Shown here piece after piece: positions 24,801-40,100 of a stretch of DNA of 64,000 nucleotides. The stretch is taken from positions 11,408,001 to 11,472,000 of the forward strand of contig JBHGNT010000007.1 in NCBI GenBank assembly GCA_043228905.1. Reading direction: 5' to 3'. Each line of letters begins with the position of its first letter. The first letter of the stretch is position 1. The translations under genes and the position numbers were made by a program. The notes beneath the pieces were generated by a model, which made no database searches, was not told where the DNA came from, and saw only the letters and a list, made by a program, of their open reading frames with translations. Origin of the DNA: Azolla caroliniana (taxonomy: Eukaryota > Plantae > Polypodiophyta).

Positions 24801-26540
24801 AACGGTTCACGCACTAAGCGTAACCGTCTATGCCCTGCATATTAAAGGGCATAAGAACATTGTAAACATCTAACACAGTTTTGGGAGTATAATCCGTCTA
24901 ATATAATCGTGTTGTCTTTTCTTAACTTTGTGTCGAGTATTATCTTAACTCTGTGTTGATAGGGAAGTGTAATTGTTCTTAGGGTAAGTATTGTATCTGT
25001 GTAAACCACAACCTACCGTAAGAAGGCGTTCGGTTGTAGCCATATCTTGTTACGCCTTACCCTCATGGTCGCTCAGTAATGCACTACCCATCCCCATAGG
25101 TTAAGGCTAGACGCATTATGTTATCCATTCTGTGTACCACGATCTTCTTGAGCCGTACCCCGAAGGACGGAGGGTGGGCCATGTTTTGAACTGGTAATAC
25201 TTTTCACACGCTTGGTGGTCTGTGATTCTCACAGTCGAGCATCAGGGAATGGATTTCTAGCCGCCGACGCAACCGAGAACCAACTCGACAAGATCGACCA
25301 CATACTCGGTCCGTCACCGGAGAAGCGGAAGAACGTGCTACGTGAAAACCATATTGTTGTAGGATTTAGGGTTAGGGATAACAATTATGATGATAATAGG
25401 CTAGCGATGGGATGGATGGTGAAGATGTTGAGAAGCATTGTGGGGTGGGGGGTGGTGCCTAGAATGGCTCCACCCCCCTCCCAAGGGGGGTTCAACGTAA
25501 GGGAGAGAGAGACAGAGAGAAATGACAAGAGAGAGATTGAGAGAGAAAATGTTCATTGTATTCATTCATTCCCCATAAAGGGTTAAATAGGTACAAAGGG
25601 GTAGATACACAAGGGTGCAAGCCCCCTTGGGCAATAACACCTAGTCACTACTTACACCTCTTTGTATCCACCACACTCACACTTACATTCACACTCATAA
25701 TCGTATAACATTACACATACATATCAACGCATTACACCTTTCACCCTCACTTATCACACTTATCAATCACCCGTACATCTCGTACGGTAACACATGCCTC
25801 AACGATTACGTTCCGTCTCTCTCGGAGTATACGCTAGAATTGACACTCACTGAACATAGCGGCACTAGGCAAGATGTCCTATCTCCACTGAACCAGTATA
25901 GTGGAACTACCACTTCTCCGAAAACCTCACATCGCGTCGGCAGTACTCTCCCAAGCAATAACCTTTCGACCGGAATGGCTTTCTCATACCCTCGCTTGAG
26001 CAGAGATATTGACGCCGAGAGCCACGCTTGGTCGTTCCTCAATGTTTGGAACGCAAACCATATATCGAAGCCATTTCCGGAAATGGAAGCCCATGCATCA
26101 AAAATCACAGAGTTTGGGCTAACCCTGATGGGCAAGCTGCCCGCTGGCATTCACAGCTCAACATCACGTCGTTCGTCATAGAACGTTAAATAGGCAGAAT
26201 CTCACGGGCCAAACGACAGATGCAGTCATAGAACGGGCGTTGCAACTTGAGTTAGAAGAGGAGGACGATGGGATGTCTATGGCATTGCTCCGTCAAGCAC
26301 TACCTGGGGACGAGGAATACCGTTTCCGCCAAGCCATTCAATGCACGACCTGCTTGAACTTAGGGCACTCCGTGGTGGATTGTAATATGTTGATCCATTG
26401 CCCCATTTGTCCATCACGGGCACACACGGTGGATCAGTGCGAATATAACATGTTGAATAAGCCCAGACCGTCCGTCCTCTATATGGAGACTCAATGGCCT
26501 TACCGCAATAATGAAAAGGCCGACACGAGGAGCGCTACTG

Positions 26541-29500
26541 TGTTGGGAGATAGGTCCCTCCGGATGGGAAGGGAGAAGAACAGTGCCGAAGAACAGTGCC
26601 GAAACGGTATGAACTGGATGGGGAGTACCCGACTGCGGAGAGCCGGATGGTGTAGGCCCAGTATGAACCGGAGGAAGAGACATATTCGTAAATATGTTTC
26701 TGAGAGCCCATCGAGGCTACATTTGTAAATAGCCGAAAAGTCATATTAGTATAAATATGACTTAGGGCAAACTTTTAGTGTTGTTGTGTTTTTGTTGTTG
26801 TTGTCATTCTTCCTTGTTGGTGCAAGAAGAATAGAGAGCGCGTAACTGTACAGAGAGAGAGAGAGAGACGAGGTCGTTGCCTCTGTTGTAACCGCCGCCT
26901 GTGGCGAAGATCTGCGAGCACGAGATCGTTGCCTCAGTGAACTCACTGTTGTATATTCCTACATAGTGACAGTTTGCAGCCTGTGGGCTACCGTGGTTTT
27001 TCCCTTATTTTGGGGTTTTCCACGTAAACCTCCTGTGTACCATTTCTCCCCTTTGTGTCGCGTTTCATTACCTGTTTTTCTGTGTATGAAAAGAATCTCG
27101 GTTGTGGCCGAGCGTCGGACATAAGGAACGTCGTGTTCTCAACAATTGGTATCAGAGCAAAATCGACACAGAAAATGGACGAATCGTTTGGCGGCATGTT
27201 CAAGCTCACCGGCTCCAACTATTCAGTGTGGAAGTCGAAGATGAGGGACATGCTCGTGGTTAAAGACCTCTGGCTGCCGGTTCAGTTCGGGGACAAGAGA
27301 CCGGACAAAATCGACGCCGCGATATGGGAGGTGATGCACATGAAGACAACGGCGTACATACGGTGCTTCATCGACATGAGCCTGTACAACAACTTCAATG
27401 AAGAGAGCAAGGCTCATGAGCTCTGGGAGAAGATCGGCATAATGTTCCAGAACAAAAATGTTGTCAATCAGGTGTCGGTATTCCGGAAGCTAGTAAGACT
27501 CCGGTACCAAGATGGCTCCAGCATGGTGGAGCATATGAATGCCTTCCCGGGGCTGATCCACCAGGCAACGTCATTGGAAGTACCTCTTGCCGATGAGGTC
27601 CTAGCGCTACTCCTGCTCGGTTCCCTCCCGGATAGCTGGGAGACGTTGGTTGTCACTTTGGGCAACGCCGGGCCGGAAGGAAAACGGTTATCCCTAGCAA
27701 GAGTAAAGTCGAGCTTGCTAGATGAGGAGGCTCGTCGGAAAGACAAAGATACGAGCTCCGACTCCAAAGCGCTCCTTACCGAATCGGAACGCGGAAGGCA
27801 TAGAAACCGTAGTCCCCAGAACCGGGAGAAGTCGGGGACACGATCAAAGTCAAGGGGGAGGCCTACTTGCTTCTATTGTGGCAAGCCGGGACACTTCCAA
27901 AAGAACTGTCGGCATTTCCGTAAAGACAAGGAAACCCCGAACTGAAACGGTACAGACCGGAACTGTAAAGACCGGAGGGGGTCGGACCGGAAGGGAACGA
28001 CGGCAATTGCGGCAAGTGAAGAGGAGGTGATGCTCATCACCGAGGAGAGTGAGATAAACCATGCCGGCGACGAGATGACCTGGGTGGTAGACTCCGGAGC
28101 GTCGTTCCACCTTACCCCGGACCGGAAATGCTTCTCATCCTACTCAGCCGGTGATCACAGTTGTGTCCGGATGGGGAATGAAGGAACATGCCGAATTGTC
28201 GGCATAGGAGACGTGTGGCTGACAACACCAACCAGATGCAAGTTGCTGTTGAAGGATGTCCGACACGTTCCGGAAGTTCGTCTGAACCTGATATCAGCCG
28301 GTCGGCTAGATGATGAAGGCTACACAGGTAGCATCCGGAACGGTGTCATGAAGTTCAGCAAAGGGAGCCTGATTGTGGCTCGGGCCCGGAAGGTAAACAC
28401 TCTGTACCTGATGAATGCCCGGTTATGTCCGGAAGAAGTGAACGCGGCTTCCGACACTGCCGGTGAGCTGTGGCACAAGAGGCTATGTCACATGAGTGAG
28501 AAGGGGATGAAGAGGCTTGGAGACGACAACCTCATTCCAGTGAAGAACGTGCACTTAGAGAAGTGCACTGATTGTCTGGCCGGTAAGCAGAACCGGACCT
28601 CCTTCCGACCAAGGCCACCGATGAGACGTAATGCACCACTGGAGTTGGTGCATACGAATGTTTGTCAAGTAGACACGAAGTCACATGCCGGAGCGCAGTA
28701 CTTCGTGACGTTCATAGATGACCACAGCCGGAAGCTGTGGGCCACACCGCTGAAGACGAAGGATCAAGTGTTATCAGTCTTCAAAGAGCTCCACGCGAGA
28801 GTGGAAAGAGAAACTGGCCGGAAGCTGAAGGCGGTTCGAGCAGATAACGGAGGAGAGTATCGGGGGCAGTTCGAGGAGTACTGCCGCTCGAAGGGAATCC
28901 GGCTCGAATTTACCGTGCCGAAGACGCCGGAACTAAACGGACTGGCCGAGAGGATGAACCGGACCATAATGGAGAGGGTCCGGAGTATGCTAGCGCATGC
29001 AAAACTACCCAAGAAGTTTTGGGCTGAGGCACTGTCGACGGCGACATATGTGATAAACAGATCACCCTCAGTACCCTTGGACGGAGACACGCCACAGAGA
29101 GTATGGACCGGTAAGGAAGTGTCCTACCGGCATCTGAGGGTGTTCGGGTGTCTCGCATACGTGCATGTAGCAAAGGACCGGAGAGGAAAGTTAGATCCAA
29201 AGACCCGGCCATGCATATTCCTCGGTTACGGTGACGATGAGTTCGGCTACCGAGTGTGGGACCCAGTCGACAAGAAGGTATTCCGGAGTCGAGATATTAT
29301 CTTCATGGAGGACAAGACGCTCGCCGACTGGGAGTCGGAGAAGAAGATAATGAACTCCGAGTCGACCGGTAAGGATAGACTCTACAATGAGCAGACCCAA
29401 CCGGCAAGAGACCGGTTAGCACTCGAGGAACCAGCCGGTTACGGTGAGGATACCGAACCGGCAGAAGAAGAAGTAGAGGAAGCTGAGACCGGAACCGGTC

Positions 29501-31836
29501 AAGACCCCGAATCGGATTTGGATGAAGAGCAAATGGAGGAACCGGTTACCGAAGCCCGAAGACGTAGATATCCTCTCAGAGAGAGAAGGGTGCCCCGGAG
29601 ATTTCCGGATGTAGAGCATGTCCTGCTGACCGATGAGGGGGAGCCGGAAAGCTTCGAAGAAGTGAAGGAAGACACCCACAGCCGAAAATGGTTAAGTGCC
29701 ATGCAGGATGAGATGGATTCCCTGCATGAGAACCATACGTACGAATTGGTGGAGCTGCTGAAAGGAAAGCGGGCACTCCGAAACAAGTGGGTGTTCAAGT
29801 TGAAACCGGGAGATGCCGGCAACCCCCCGAGGTACAAAGCCAGGATCGTGGTGAAGGGGTTCCAGCAGAAGAAGGGCGTGGACTTCGACGAAATATTCGC
29901 CCCGGTAGTGAAGATGACCTCCATCCGGACGGTGCTGAGTATAGCAGCAAGCATGGATCTCGAGGTAGAGCAGCTGGACGTGAAGACGGCATTCCTTCAC
30001 GGCGACCTCGAAGAGGAAATCTACATGCAGCAACCAGAAGGATTTGTGGAGAAAGGGAAGGAGCACCTGGTATGCCGGTTGAAGAAGAGCCTATACGGAC
30101 TGAAGCAGGCTCCCCGACAATGGTATCGGAAGTTTGACTCCTTCATGACCGATCAAGGGTACCACAAGACGCAGGCCGATCACTGCGTGTTTGTGAAGAC
30201 GTTCAAAGGAGGGGACTTCCTGATACTCCTCCTGTACGTGGATGACATGTTGATCGTCGGACGGGACCAAGTCAAAATACGGATGCTGAAGAAGGCTCTC
30301 AACCGGACCTTCTCAATGAAAGACTTGGGTCCGGCAAGATAGATGTTGGGGATGCACATCATACGGGACCGGTCAGTGAAGCAATTATGGCTGTCACAGG
30401 AGAAGTATGTGACAAAGGTGCTTCACCGGTTCAACATGTTAGATGCAAAACCGGTCGGATCGACACTTCTGGCAAACTGCAAGTTGTCCGGCAAGCAAAG
30501 CCCGAAGACAAAAGGAGAGAAGGCAGATATGATGAAGATTCCATATGCCTCTGCCGTCGGGAGCTTGATGTACGCAATGGTTTGTACCCAACCGGACATT
30601 GGATACGCAGTCGGAGTGGTGAGCCGGTTCATGAGTAATCCCGGCAAGGAGCATTGGAACGCGGTCAAATGGATACTCCGGTATTTGAAGGGCACTTCAA
30701 ATATGTGTCTCCGATTCGGCTCCGGGAAACCTCAACTGGACGGTTTCACCGATTCGGACATGTCGGCTGATGTGGATACCAGCCGGTCTACATCCGGGTA
30801 TGTGATGACATATGCAGGGGAAGCTGTTTCGTGGCAGTCGAGGCTGCAGAAGACGGTTGCATTGTCAACCACAGAGGCGGAGTACATGGCGGCTGTAGAA
30901 GCCGGCAAGGAAATATTATGGATGAAGGACTTTATCGGAGAGCTCGGTATCTGGCAAGAGGAATACCGACTCTACTGCGATAGTCAAAGTGCCATCCACC
31001 TTGCTAAGAATGCGGCCTACCATTCCCGGACGAAGCATATCCAGCGGAGGTATCACTGGATCCGGGAAAGGGTAGATGACCAGGAGTTCGCACTGACGAA
31101 GATCCACACAGCCGAGAACGGGTCAGATATGCTGACCAAAGTGCTGACACCCGACAAGCTGGACGCATGTCGGAAGAGGATCGGGCTGAAAAGACACCCC
31201 ATGCCGGAGTGAAGGGGGAGTTTGTTGGGAGACAGGTCCCTCCGAATGGGAAGGGAGAAGAACAGTGCCGACGAACAAACTCGGCCTCAGCCGAAACGGT
31301 ATGAACCGGATGGGGAGTACCCGACTGCGGAGAGCCGGATGGTGTAGGCCCGGTATGAACCAGAGGAAGAGACATATTCGTAAATATGTTTCTGAGAGCC
31401 CATCGAGGCTACATTTGTAAATAGCCAAAAAGTCATATTAGTATAAATATGACTTAGGGCAAACTTTTAGTGTTGTTGTGTTTTTGTTGTTGTTATCATT
31501 CTTCCTTGTTGGTGCAAGAAGAATAGAGAGCGCGTAACTGTACAGAGAGAGAGAGAGAGACGAGGTCGTTGCCTCTGTTGTAACCGCCGCCTGTGGCGAA
31601 GATCTGAGAGCACGAGGTCGTTGCCTCAGTGAACTCACTGTTGTATATTCCTACATAGTGACAGTTTGCAGCCTGTGGGCTGCCGTGGTTTTTCCCTTAT
31701 TTTGGGGTTTTCCACGTTAACCTCCTGTGTACCATTTCTCCCCTTTGTGTCGCGTTTCATTACCTGTTTTTCTGTGTATGAAAAGAATCTCGGTTGTGGC
31801 CGAGCGTCGGACATAAGGAACGTCGTGTTCTCAACA
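26541..31836 (+). mobile_element. Ty1/copia element E (Tnt1/Tork-like), near intact
   Basis: LTRs 26541-27144 and 31223-31836; PBS TGGTATCAGAGC 27147-27158; PPT GAAGGGGGAG; TSD TACTG 26536-26540 and 31837-31841. Confidence 0.97.
27175..31212 (+). pseudogene. gag-pol polyprotein of copia E; one reading frame with two in-frame stops (27943 TGA, 30340 TAG)
   Basis: ORFs 27055-27945, 28027-30342 and 30343-31212 share a frame; CFYCGKPGHFQKNC, WVVDSGASFH, ADNGGEY, YVDDML, FTDSDMS. Confidence 0.92.
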
Positions 31837-34800
31837 TACTGTAACACAGAGTGGAATTAGCGTGTGGGAAGGCCGAACCGCCTCCATCACAATAATGATC
31901 CTTATTTGGACGAAGAGGAGCAGGACGACGAGGAGTATTCGAGCAATGACCGCTACAATCCTCGGGGAGGACGCCACTATGATAACCAGCATACCACCAA
32001 CAATAGCGGCGGACAGGTGGAACCAAAGTAGCCACGGTGAAAGCTCGAAGGAAGAATGACGTCGGGATAGTCGTTGTGAATATCGTTAGAAGCCCCGCAA
32101 CAACAAGCAGTTCCAATGACCCCGGGTGGAACAGACAACACCTATGGAAACCACTACAGCCCCGATCGTTGAAAATGGTGAGTCCAACGTCCACTATTTT
32201 ATTTGTAAATATCGAGGTCATTACGCAACTCAATGCCCACGCCGCGAAAAAGGGAAAGGGCAAGCGGTGAATACGATCATGACAAACGTCTAGTAGGTTA
32301 CAACCCGTAGTAAGGAAAAAACACGGACTGGGCGGAACAAGACGAGATCCGCAAGCTACACAAGCCTCGATAGAAAAGGCAAATGAAGCCAACGTGGAAC
32401 ACATGACGCAAGAGTCGGGCCACAATACCACACATATGAAAGACACAGTATTGACGCCAGATCCAATATGTCAAACATTGGCCAATTGCGAAATTACGTT
32501 GACCATGGACAAATTATTACGACTTATCCCTCAATTCCGACAGACCGTAGAAAATTGGACGTGGGGCACAGACGACCTAGAGATTTCGGGCAATTATACA
32601 AAGTCTAGCACAGGGCCAACCGTGGTTGATCATCACAATCCAGCCATCCAGGTGGTATTGCAAGGGCAGGAAATCATGGGATGCATTGTTGATGGTGGTT
32701 CCGGGGTGAATGTGATCAGTAAAACCACATGTGACTGCCTTGGTATTATAGAATGGGAAGCGTGCCCATTTTGGCTCCGAATGGCAGACACCCATTCCAT
32801 TAGACCATTGGGGTTGGTTGGGAAGCTAAGGATCGTAATTGGCGATCGTAGCTTTGAAATTTTGAGCGTTGTGTTGGCTTTGGATGCACCAGGGGCGTAT
32901 CCTAGCTTGTTAAGAAGACCATGGTTGCGTTCTGTTAATATTAAGCAGAACTGGGAGCACAATTGCATTAGCTTCCAATGAGGGCGAAGCAAGGTCCGGG
33001 TACTGACACAGGAAACGGCCGCCCCCACAAAGCAATAACGCCATTCTACGCCGAAGAAATTAATATGTTCGAAGGACCGGACGATATGGAACTCGAGACA
33101 TACCTAGACGAAAATCCACGGATAGTACCACTATTTGAGATAGACGTACTCGAGACAGCTAGCGAGCAGATCTCGACGAGTGCTCCGAACAATGATGACT
33201 ACCGACCAGATCCAGAATCAGTGTTGGAACTCAGCAAAGCATGAGAGGCATTCGAGAGGGGAATGGAAATCTTGTGTACAGTCACAACATCGACCTTGGA
33301 GGAAATCAATGTAGGGTCAGCCGAGGCACCAAGGCTACTAACGATTGCAAAGGATCTGACCCAAGCGAAAAAATGGCCATGACTAATTTATTACGGGAGT
33401 TTAATGATGTCTTCGAATGGTCACATGATGACTTGAAGGGATGTTGAGTGGCAAGCTCAACCAAATCCGGATCGGCTGAATAAGCCTGAGCCGGATCGGC
33501 ATTCGGAAGGATGAGCCGGATCGGTGAGCTGGTGAGCTGGGGAGCCGGTTAGCCGGATCAAGCTGTAACCGGAAGCCTAGTAGCAGCTGAGACTACTAGG
33601 TAGGTAATGTCTCGTAGTTAGTGTTAGATGCTCATGTGAGCATTGAAGTACACTGTACTTCTGTCAGTCCTCTTAGGACTTGTATAAATAGTGTTGTTGA
33701 GCACGTTGTATGTATGGGAATTTTATAGAGTTGTTGATAATAGATTTAAGTTGTTTTGCTCTTTCGTTGTCTCTCCTGCGTACCTTCTGTGTGTTAATCA
33801 CTCTCTCTCTCTCTCTATTGCTATTCGGCTAAGCCGGTTGTCTAATGCTTCCACACCTTCGTTTTTACATGGTATCAGAGCGTGAGGGTTTAGAACCTCT
33901 ACAACTAACATCAACATCTGAAGACAAACCCTAAGACCCGGTAAGAACATAAAGAGAAGAGATGGACAGAGGAATGGCTAGCTCGCTCCCGGTGGAGAAG
34001 CTTGACAGATCCAACTACGCATCTTGGTCATACGAGATGCACCAGTACCTGCTTGGGCATGGTTACTAGAGCTATGTCGACGGAGCTAACGACACAACAC
34101 CTAATGCGGCACACAAGGACTTCCCAGTTTGGGAACAAGCGGCAAGCAGAGTGATGTACTGCTTTGTGTCCAGTGTCAGAGACCAGCTGCTGAGCCATGT
34201 TCGAGATGCCAAGACGCCAAAAGAAGCTTGGGGAAACCTGAAGAAGGTTTTCGTGGCAAGCACTATGGCCCGGAAGCTACAACTTTGACAGGAGTTGAGC
34301 AATGTCCGACAGAAGGTCATGTCGGTAACCGATTACACGGCCCAAATCAAAGAGATCTCTCACTCACTTGCCTCTATCAACGTCACTATAGAGGAAGATG
34401 AGATGGTGCATATCTGTCTTGGGGGCCTAGCGTCTAAGTTTAGAGCGTTCCGAACGACGGTATGTACAAGGGAGAATACGCCGTCATTTTTCGACTTATA
34501 GTCGATGCTCCTTGTAGAGGAGAACCATGCCGGTGTGTCAAAAAGTGCACCCACCGACAATCAGATGTTGTACACGGAGGCAGATCGGCCCCGTTGGTGT
34601 GGTGGACGAGGCAGGTCGGTTCGCAATGGTAGCAGCTGGCAAGAGCAGGACCGAAGGCACAGAGAACATGCTGACAACAGTTCCGAACCCTCCACAAGCA
34701 GGGGGAGACAAGGTGGCGCCGGAGGCTGGCAAGCAAAGGCCGACACGGAATGTTGGTACTGTGGTAAAAAGGGCCACAGAGAAAGCGAATGGTGGAAGAA

Positions 34801-37101
34801 GCGCACCGATTCGAACTGATCTGGATCCGGCAAGGCCGACCTAGAGAATGGGCAATACTCACACTACGCAGAAGGATCGAGAGGATCCAAAACCGGAAAA
34901 GCCGATAAAGGGCCAACCTTGGTGATGAAACACGAGGCTAACTTGATGAAGAAGACCACTTTTAAATTGGAGGAAGTGTGGTATGTTGATTCCGGTGCAT
35001 CGAATCATATGACGAGCCACAAAGAGTGGTTCTCTTTCTTGGAGAAACCGGAACAACTGGGAGTCGTCAAACTGGAGACGACACTCCTCACCCAATCATG
35101 CATGTCAGAGAAGTCCCTTTGAGCCACGTCAGATGGAGGGGGAAGCTTATGAACATATTACACGTTCCGACTATCACGAAGAACCGGGTGTTTGTCAGTC
35201 AGATCGTTGACCAGGGGATGCAGGTGCGGTTTACGCAGCATGAGTGCTTCATCGTGGAAGAGGGCCAGATTATTGCACAAGGGCACAGAGATGGGAGGAT
35301 GTTCATCCTTGACACCAATGACGTCGACACCGCTTTGTTCGCCAGAGGACAGAAGATTGAATCAGATATTGATCTCTGGCACAGGCGGATCAGCCACGTC
35401 AATTACAAGAGGCTTCAAGACCTGCAAACGAAACAAGTTGTTTTCGGTTTGCCAAAGTTCAGTGGCCGGAGGGTCCAAATATGTGAAGCCTGCCAACTTG
35501 GAAGGCAACACCGGCTTCCCTTCCCCACCGAACAAAACCGTAGCCATAACAAGCTCGACCTTATTCATTCAGATGTATGGGGACCGGCACAGAACGTTAG
35601 TCTTGGCGGGAGTCGATACTTTGTCTCCTTCATTGACAACTATAGCCGGCACACATGGATCTATCTCATTGAGCGGAAGAGCGAAGTCTTTGAGTGTTTC
35701 TGGAACATGCAAAGCCTGGTTGAACGGGAAACGAAGAGGAAGATCAAGTGTTTGTGGTCGGATGGCAGAAAAGAATATTTTTCTAGCCAATTCAATAGTT
35801 ATCTGTAGCAAAAAGGAATTCGGAGAGAGTTTAGCTGTAGATACAAACCGGAGCAAAACGGTGTGGCCGATAGGAAGAACTGGTCAACTATCGACGTGGC
35901 AAGGGTGATGCTAGAGGAGAAGAGCATGTCCAAATTCTATTGGGCTGAGGTGGTCCGGACGGCCGTCTATATCCAAGACCAGATCGGTGACAAGGTGTTC
36001 GCGCGTGAGCTGTATTTCGAGCACAAGCTAAATTTGTCACACCTTCGGATATTTGGTAGGACTGCATATGTGCATGTGCCCGATGAGAAGCGGAGGAAGT
36101 TGGATGCAAAGTCGGAGAAATGCATCTTGGTTGGTTACTCGCATGAGCAAAAGGGGTATAAGTGTTATAACCCTCGGACGAAGCAGGTCTGAGTTAGCCG
36201 GGATGTTGAGTTTGATGAGACGGCATCATGGTATGCCTTACCGGTTCCAACTTCCGACCCCAACCCGATACCAGAGGATGAGAATAGTGAGCCTGAACCA
36301 GTCCAGGTAGAAGATGAAGGCTTCGAGACTCTAAATGTGAGTCCGGAATCGTTTCACTTGAGCGGGCCGAACGAGCGATTGGATCAGACAGACCCGTCAA
36401 AAGATGAACCAGTGAGTAGTGGAGACTCGGCCATGTTCCCACCATGGAAGAAACGGAGGAGACGGTTCACGCGCAAGGAAAAGGGGAAGAGGAAGATGTC
36501 GGAATACGAAACCGGCAACATTGAGTCGGATCGTAGTGAATCCGACTCCAGAAAGGTTGAAGGCGTATCTTCGGGAACGAAGTCCGACCTGGCCAAGAAG
36601 GGCCCCAAACCGGGTAATATCAAGTTACGCCAGTCTTCCCGCCTGAAGAACCCCGTTACTGTCAGGAATAGTACTAAAACAGAGATGGAATTAGTACTAA
36701 GAAGAGTAGTACTATTAGTACTAAGAGGACGGGACTGCGTAAGATTCCCGAGAGAGAGGAACTGAGAAGAGGAGAGAGAGAGAGGGAAATAGGATGATGA
36801 CAGCAGCTCTTATATTATATGAAAGATAAGTACAAATCGACTAAGAGGCTTAAGACTGGTGTTGAACCAATTTGGTTCAACATAATGCTTAGTGCCTTCT
36901 TTTATAGTGTTCTCAGGAATAATCCTGAAGCTTCTAGAATGTTCCAGAGAAATCTGGAATATACATTACTTTCTTATAATAAAACATAAATGAAAATAAT
37001 ATTCTATGAATTACAATAGATGGTGAGATGGTTAAGAGCTCGACCCATATACCATAAGGTCATGGGTTCGAGTCTTGCCATCTCATGACACTATCTCCCC
37101 C

Positions 37102-40100
37102 TTAAAGACGACGAGTGGAACGAGTCAGCGCTACTTGCGGACCGGGTTTGTCCGGATACTTTCGGTGGAAATCAGCAAGAAGATCTTGTGCATTGGCAAC
37201 ATTCTCGACGGGTTCCCAAGTACATTCGCTCGGACTATAACCGAGCCAATCGACCAAGTAATAGAGTTTGTTGCGAACAAGTTTGGAATCGAGGATGGCA
37301 GCAACTTCATACTCCGGGCCGGCGTCCAACTCCAGTGGGGGCGGCGGTGGTGTCACACGATCGGGAATGGTGTTTGCTTTATAAGGTTCAAGAAGAGAAC
37401 AATGGAAAACCGGATGTATCTGAAGCTGCGGAGGGAGATCAAGGCGGAAGGTGACATCATTAATCTTCCCCGTAATACGGAAAGGACCGAGTCGTCGATA
37501 ATCCAACTTGTCGCACGGTCGAGTAGTCTTGATGTGACGACGTAAGAGCCATACTCGATCTCCGATGGCAAAAGAGGAGGGAATCCGATGACGATCCGCA
37601 TAAGTCTTCTGTGTGTGTTGAGCATGACGAAGGTGAGTAGAGAGATCCATCTGGATCTTGCGTAGCCTCTCCAAATGATCCTCGGCACGAGGGTTGGTAG
37701 GTAGCTCCGGAGTGTCGATCACCGACAAGCGAGGATGGAAACCGGTATAAGCGAAAAATGGGGAGACCCGAGTCGAGGAGTGAATAGCATTATTATACGC
37801 AAACTCCGCAAAGTGGAGAATCTCGGCCCAATCGTCCTGTTGATAACTCAGGAAACACCAGAGATATTGCTCCAGCGTTTGGTTTGTTCGTTCCGCCTGT
37901 CCGTCGGTCTGAGGATGGTAGCCGGAGGAGAGGTTGCAGGAGACCTTGAGCATCTTGAAGAGATGCTGCCAAAATTTGGAGACAAATTGCGGGCCTCGGT
38001 CACTGATAATACTGTCTGGGAGGCCATGATGCCGAAAAACCTCACGCATAACAAGAGCGGCGGTTTCCTCGCTAGTGATGGCTTTAGTACATGGCACAAA
38101 ATGTGCCATCTTCGTATATCGATCGACGACGGTTAGGATAGCATCGAACCCTTTCGAGACCGGCAGATCTGTGATAAAATCAAGACAAATAGACTGCCAT
38201 GGCTTACTTGGAATTGGTAAAGGTTCCAACAAGCCATATGGATGGTGTCGTGGCATCTTTGCTCGGCAGCAAGCATCACAGGTCCGAACGTAGTCGTCGA
38301 CAAAACGGCGCATGTGGGGCCACCAAAAAGATCGTTGCGCTAGCTCCAACGTCTTAGTACTACCGAAATGTCCCGCCGTATGGGTGTCGTGACAATGTTG
38401 GACAATTTGAAGGCGACAGGAGCAATCGGGGACATATACGCGCTTTTTAAAGAATAACAAACCATCATGATATTCGAATTGTCGGTAGTCAATACCTGGT
38501 TGTTGAGACTGAGAACAGGATGCCCGAGAAGTATCAATGTGCGCCAGGATGTCTTGAGCAAAACTATCCGTCTTCAAGGTTGCACGTATGTCATCGGTAA
38601 TCCGTGAATCCATCGGGGTGTGAAAAATCTGCGTCGTGTGCAATCGTGTTGGTCCCAAGATTACTTGCTTTTGATTATCAAATGTTGCTTCACCAGGACG
38701 AGGTGCAAGATATGAACGTCGTGATAGTGCATCTGCTTTTCCTTGCTGCTTCCCCGGTCGATATGTGATTTTGAAGTCGAAACGCGTGAGGAATTGCGCC
38801 CACCGAGCTTGCCGTCGATTTAGTACGCGAGCGTTCTGAAAATAAGCAAGATTTTTATGATCGCTGAAGACAATGACCTGATGTGGAGAGCCCTCTAAGA
38901 AATGCCGCCATTGTACAAATGAATCCACGATGGCTAATAACTCCTTGTCATGTATTTCGTAGTTGATTTCTGCGACATCGAATTTGCGCAAATGGAAAGC
39001 CACCGGATGCAACTCTTCTTTATCACCTTGTTGAGAAAGGATGCTACCGAGGGCGAAATCTGATGCGTCGGCCTCCATGATGAATGGTTTGCTTGTATCC
39101 ACATGAGCTAGAATCGGTGCTGATGTAAAGGCTTTCTTAAGATGCCGAAAAGCCATATCTGCTTCAATGGACCAAAGAAATGCTTGGCCCTTCTTCGTAA
39201 GTTGTGTGAGAGGTAAAATAATCTTCGAGTAATCCTGTATAAACTTACGGTAGAAGTTAGCAAAACCTAGAAAACATTGTACATCTCGTACCGACCGTGG
39301 AATTTGCCACTCTAGTACAGTTTGGATCTTAGCTGGATCCATGGCGATGCCCTTTGAGGAGATGACGTAGCCTAGAAATTCCACTTGCTTGCAGTCAAAG
39401 CTACATTTTTCTAGCTTGGCATAAAGACCATTCTCGCGGAGTCGCTTTAGTACTAATAGTACATGAGAGTCGTGCTCTTCCTGGGTCTTCGAATAAATCA
39501 ACAGATCATCCAGATAAATGATCAAACAGATATCCAAGAGGTCTCTGAATATATCATTTGCCATGTGTTGGAAGACTGCGGGTGCATTGGTTAGGCCAAA
39601 CGGCATAATAGTATACTCAAAATGCCCATACCGCGTGCGAAAAGCGGTCTTCCACTCATCTCCCGGTCGGATCCGCACGAGATTATACGCTCCACGTAGG
39701 TCGATTTTAGTAAAAAACTTGGCACCATTAACTCGCTCTAAAAGACTTGATATAAGAGGAAGTGCATACCTATTCCGGATGGTGACTTTATTTAATCCGC
39801 GGTAATCAACGACAAGACGAAGTGAGCCATCTTTCTTCTTGACAAAGAAGATGGGTGCACCGGCCGGAGATTTCGAATGACGGATGAACCCGCTTGCCAA
39901 GTTCTCCTCTATGTAGGCTCGAAGGACTTCTAACTCGGTGGGTGACAGGTTGTAAATTGGTCCCCATGGTGGCTCGGTTCCTGGTTGTAAATCGATGGGA
40001 CAGTCATAGGGACGGTGATGAGGAAGGGTACCGGCTTTTACCTTGTCAAATACATCGGCATAAGGATGATATTTTGCCGGAAGTTGTACTGAGGAGTCCT

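Noticed and set aside
25355-25803. Solo LTR inserted in gypsy D
   Set aside because: LTR-like composition and a 17-bp inverted match to 9301-9317, but no clear CA end or TSD
25806-26181. Host protein-coding gene
   Set aside because: Short ORFs on both strands with no recognisable motif, inside a degenerate retroelement
27943-27945. Programmed stop-codon readthrough between gag and pol of copia E
   Set aside because: A single C>T from CGA explains it, Tnt1-like copia normally have one ORF, and a second similar stop lies inside RT at 30340
37017-37084. Functional tRNA gene
   Set aside because: No convincing anticodon arm or 7-bp acceptor stem; part of an LTR; kept only as a tRNA-like module
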